Made by a program: the position numbers and the translations under genes. Below the pieces are notes generated by a model. The model was not told the origin of the DNA. It saw only the letters and a program-made list of their open reading frames with translations, and did not search any database. From NCBI GenBank assembly GCA_030141605.1, contig JAQGDQ010001060.1, positions 2,380-66,379 on the forward strand: a stretch of DNA of 64,000 nucleotides, given 5' to 3'. This document shows positions 61,014-64,000 of this stretch, one piece after another; position 1 is the first letter of the stretch, and the number at the start of each line of letters is the position of its first letter. Source of the DNA: Tubiluchus corallicola. Taxonomy: Eukaryota; Animalia; Priapulida.

Positions 61014-61820
61014 CTACAAATCGAATAAACTACAAAACACCTTCATACTAAAATCCTCATCTTCTATGTTTAGTAACTACTAATGCTAACGGCAAATCCA
61101 TTTAATCACTGTAAACAGTGCTGACATGAAAACGCTTTTGCAGATAGACAACAAAAAGCTATTGTACCATTGAAGCAGCAAATTAGTCTAAAAAACTGTA
61201 TAGCATTTCAAAACATTTCAAAGGCTATGTTATCACATTAATAAAAAAGCAAAATAGGACGAGACATACATTGCAGTTATGAAAGACAGCAACTCTGTTT
61301 GAAACGTGTCTCTGTGAATAACTACCACCATACATAGACCATCAGTAATTGCTGCTATATAGTATGAAACTAACTGCTGTCAAATTAAGTGCTTGATTAA
61401 TGGAGAAGCCACATATTTATTAAACTACCTGTCACAGGTAATAAAACAAAAATCTACAGATATTATTTTTAAAAACTGCATTACAGCAATTATTTGTCTA
61501 CATGATTTTAATGTTGACTTATAATGTGAAACTTTGATTAGATGCAGGTCTGAATTGTCAGACTAGAGACAGGGCCTACAAATTGCAGGCAAGCATCTAG
61601 CTTCTCATTTGCATGTAGTTTTGCGTAAATTACGTTCTTGCACTATAGTGAATTGTAATAAAATAAGCAGAAGTAAAGGTAGCAACAAGTTTTAACAATT
61701 TTCCACTGCAAATTTGGTTGAAGGTATACATTTGACTCCAACATGTATGAACAAATTATTTCTTTGAAGGACAATTTGATTGCGATACATAAAGAACATC
61801 CTGATCGTTGCCATCGCTCT

Positions 61821-61942
61821 TATCATCATCATTATCGTCATTGTTGTTGTCGTCATCATCATGATCATCACTACCAACACCACCACTGTTATCACTATTG
61901 TCATCATCATTCATTATCCTCGTCATTATCATTATCATGATG
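61821..61942. repeat. Degenerate (CAT)n trinucleotide tract
   Basis: Directly visible; it explains the His-rich and Asp-rich ORFs. Confidence 0.9.
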
Positions 61943-62334
61943 AATGACAAAATTTTAGTACCATAAATAATGAGCATTGTTCATATGTCTAAATTAGTAA
62001 ATACAGATTACAGAGCTCTGCTGTAATAAAGCAGTTCTTCAAAAATTCTTAGAACCAAGCATAAGAGGTGCACGCAAGCGTCCTTCAGTGCTTAATCTAG
62101 ATCTTAAAATTAAATTTTAATCAGCTTAATTTAGTGCTTCAGCAAACAATCGCTGGACTGAACTTTCACCAGAATCATAATGACACATATCATGATTAGG
62201 TTCATATGTACCTAGCCGTACTTCTCTTCCCTACATAATGACAAAGTTATTCAATAACGAGCGAATAATAGCATGTACTCAGCAAACCCCTGCAAATGCT
62301 TTTTGCGCAATGAAGAGAAGTAGGTTAGATGTTA

Positions 62335-64000
62335 CACCTCTGGCCGATTTCCCGGGGGGGGGGTGGGGATTTCCCCGGGGGGGTGGGGAAAAACACCCCT
62401 AAAAAAGTGCGAAAATCCGGAAACACCCCTAAAAAAGTGAAGTGGCTCTATTGTCGTGCTAGTTAAGTGACCAATTTAAGGATTAGGAGTGACGGTTGGT
62501 CGACGGGCCACGCCCCCCTCGGCTGCCGGGGGTGGGAACAAAAATCACCCCCTAAAAAAAGTGAAGTGGGTCTATTGTTGCGCTAGTTAAGTGCTCGATT
62601 TAAGGATTAGGAGTGACGGTTGGAACTCCCGCACGCTTTGGGGGGGGGGGGGGTGCGCCCGGCGAGAACACCCCCCTCCGCGCTAAATGCAGTCGTCCGT
62701 TCGACGCGCGCTCGCTGCGCACTTTGCTTGCTCCACCCTAATTGTGGCTAATCCGGTAATCGACTCTCGCCTCGCCGCCTAGCTAGCTAGCTAGATAATG
62801 GGCTAAAAGATTTCTCTACAGGATGTTCTTTTATGCGAGTCTAAATTGCCACGCAATTTTTTAAAATTTTACCCCGCCCTCATCCGGGTTAGAATGTTCT
62901 TTTATGCGCGTCTAAGTTGCATTACAATTTTTAAAAATTTTATCCTACCTTTATCCGAGATGGATGGATGGATGCCGTCGCCGAAAAAGCCTCCTTCGCT
63001 CCATCCAATGCGCTCGCATCATGCAACATACAGTCTACTCACACGCGCACACACCGCCGAGCACGATTGTTAGCACGGGCCGACCATTAGCACGAACGTT
63101 ACCGCGTGTAACATACAGTCTACTCACGCGTCGCCGAGCATGATTAATTTCTGGGTTTCTTTATTTTTTTTGTCAACTGTATCCAACGATGATGATGATG
63201 ACGACGACGATGATGATGATGATGACGCGGTATTACCTAAAGCAGAGTCTGATCTTTGGTCGTCATCCACTTTTTTTATCCGACAGAACAATAATAACTA
63301 ATGTTAGTTAAAATTATCTTTTCATTTTGTAAAAAATCTTTCTATCTGTACTAACTCGCATGTTTAAACCCGCAACGAATGCACTCATCCGATCAGACGC
63401 CAAGGCAGGCACGCCTCTATTTTGTAAAAATCTTTCTATCTGTACTAACTCGCATGTTTAAACCCGCAACGAATGCACTCATCTGATCAGACGCCAAGGC
63501 AGGCACGCGTCTATTGCTTAATCCGGTAATTGACTCGACTACCTGGCTAATGAGGACTTAATCCGTTAATTGACTTGCTAGACATGACACCCGCGGCTAT
63601 TTAAGTGCGTGTACCTGTTTTTTAAAAAGCCCGTTGGAATGTACAGCAAGCAGACAGTAGGACAGCTGCCGTCTAGATAAAATTGAATGCCTGCAGCCTT
63701 CTAGTCTGCACGCTTTCAACGAGTCAGTATTTTTTTTAGGTGAGGATATATATATATAATCCCAAAAACTCACAAGTTGCATTAGCCACATTTTTATTGA
63801 AAGATTTCTTTTTTTGACAATAGGGTATTTAAAATTTTACTTTTATCTAGACTAGATGTACAAAGAGAAAAAAACTGAGGCGCTTTACTATTAGACTAAA
63901 ATTGCCAGAGACTGAAGTGTATTTACTTTTTAAAATATTCATTTATCTTTATCCCGATGGGGTGTACCCTTACTATTTAAAAAATATTCATTTATCTTTA
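62335..64000. mobile_element. GC-rich non-coding insertion with G-runs and several internal tandem duplications; probably the end of a large transposon, truncated by the window
   Basis: Abrupt GC rise starting at CACCTCTGGCCGATTTCCC. Duplications at 62421-62498/62543-62623, 62821-62875/62892-62947, 63026-63068/63110-63145 and 63326-63420/63420-63514. Confidence 0.5.

Noticed and set aside
61692-61977. His-rich and Asp-rich ORFs as possible upstream cyclase exons
   Set aside because: They derive from a (CAT)n tract, and no KVETIG-type cyclase sequence was found there.

Overview
AT-rich, intron-containing genomic DNA from a non-vertebrate animal (inferred from the Mextli gene and the repeat types; not prokaryotic). 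I rebuilt five spliced genes by hand from GT-AG sites, phase and motif similarity. They are a NAT16/HISAT-like GNAT acetyltransferase (+, 714-4932), an omega-class glutathione transferase (+, 8495-13413), DNAJC27/RBJ (+, 15569-23244), the eIF4E-binding protein Mextli (-, 41657-27267, about 19 exons), and the last four exons of a receptor-type-like guanylyl cyclase (-, 61013-50316). Introns and intergenic DNA contain a full-length but frameshifted Tigger/pogo transposon, several MITEs (pogo-, hAT-, Kolobok- and piggyBac-like), LINE and SINE remnants, and many micro- and minisatellites. I see no clearly new multi-gene system. The best leads are: (1) the cyclase lacks the catalytic Asn/Arg pair, suggesting a half-site or pseudo-enzyme; (2) the GST-omega has lost two glutathione-binding residues; (3) the Mextli KH GxxG loop sits on a frame-preserving 72-nt exon, alongside micro-exons; (4) a 350-bp intronic inverted repeat. 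All exon models and family assignments come from reading the sequence and recalled motifs; no database search was run.
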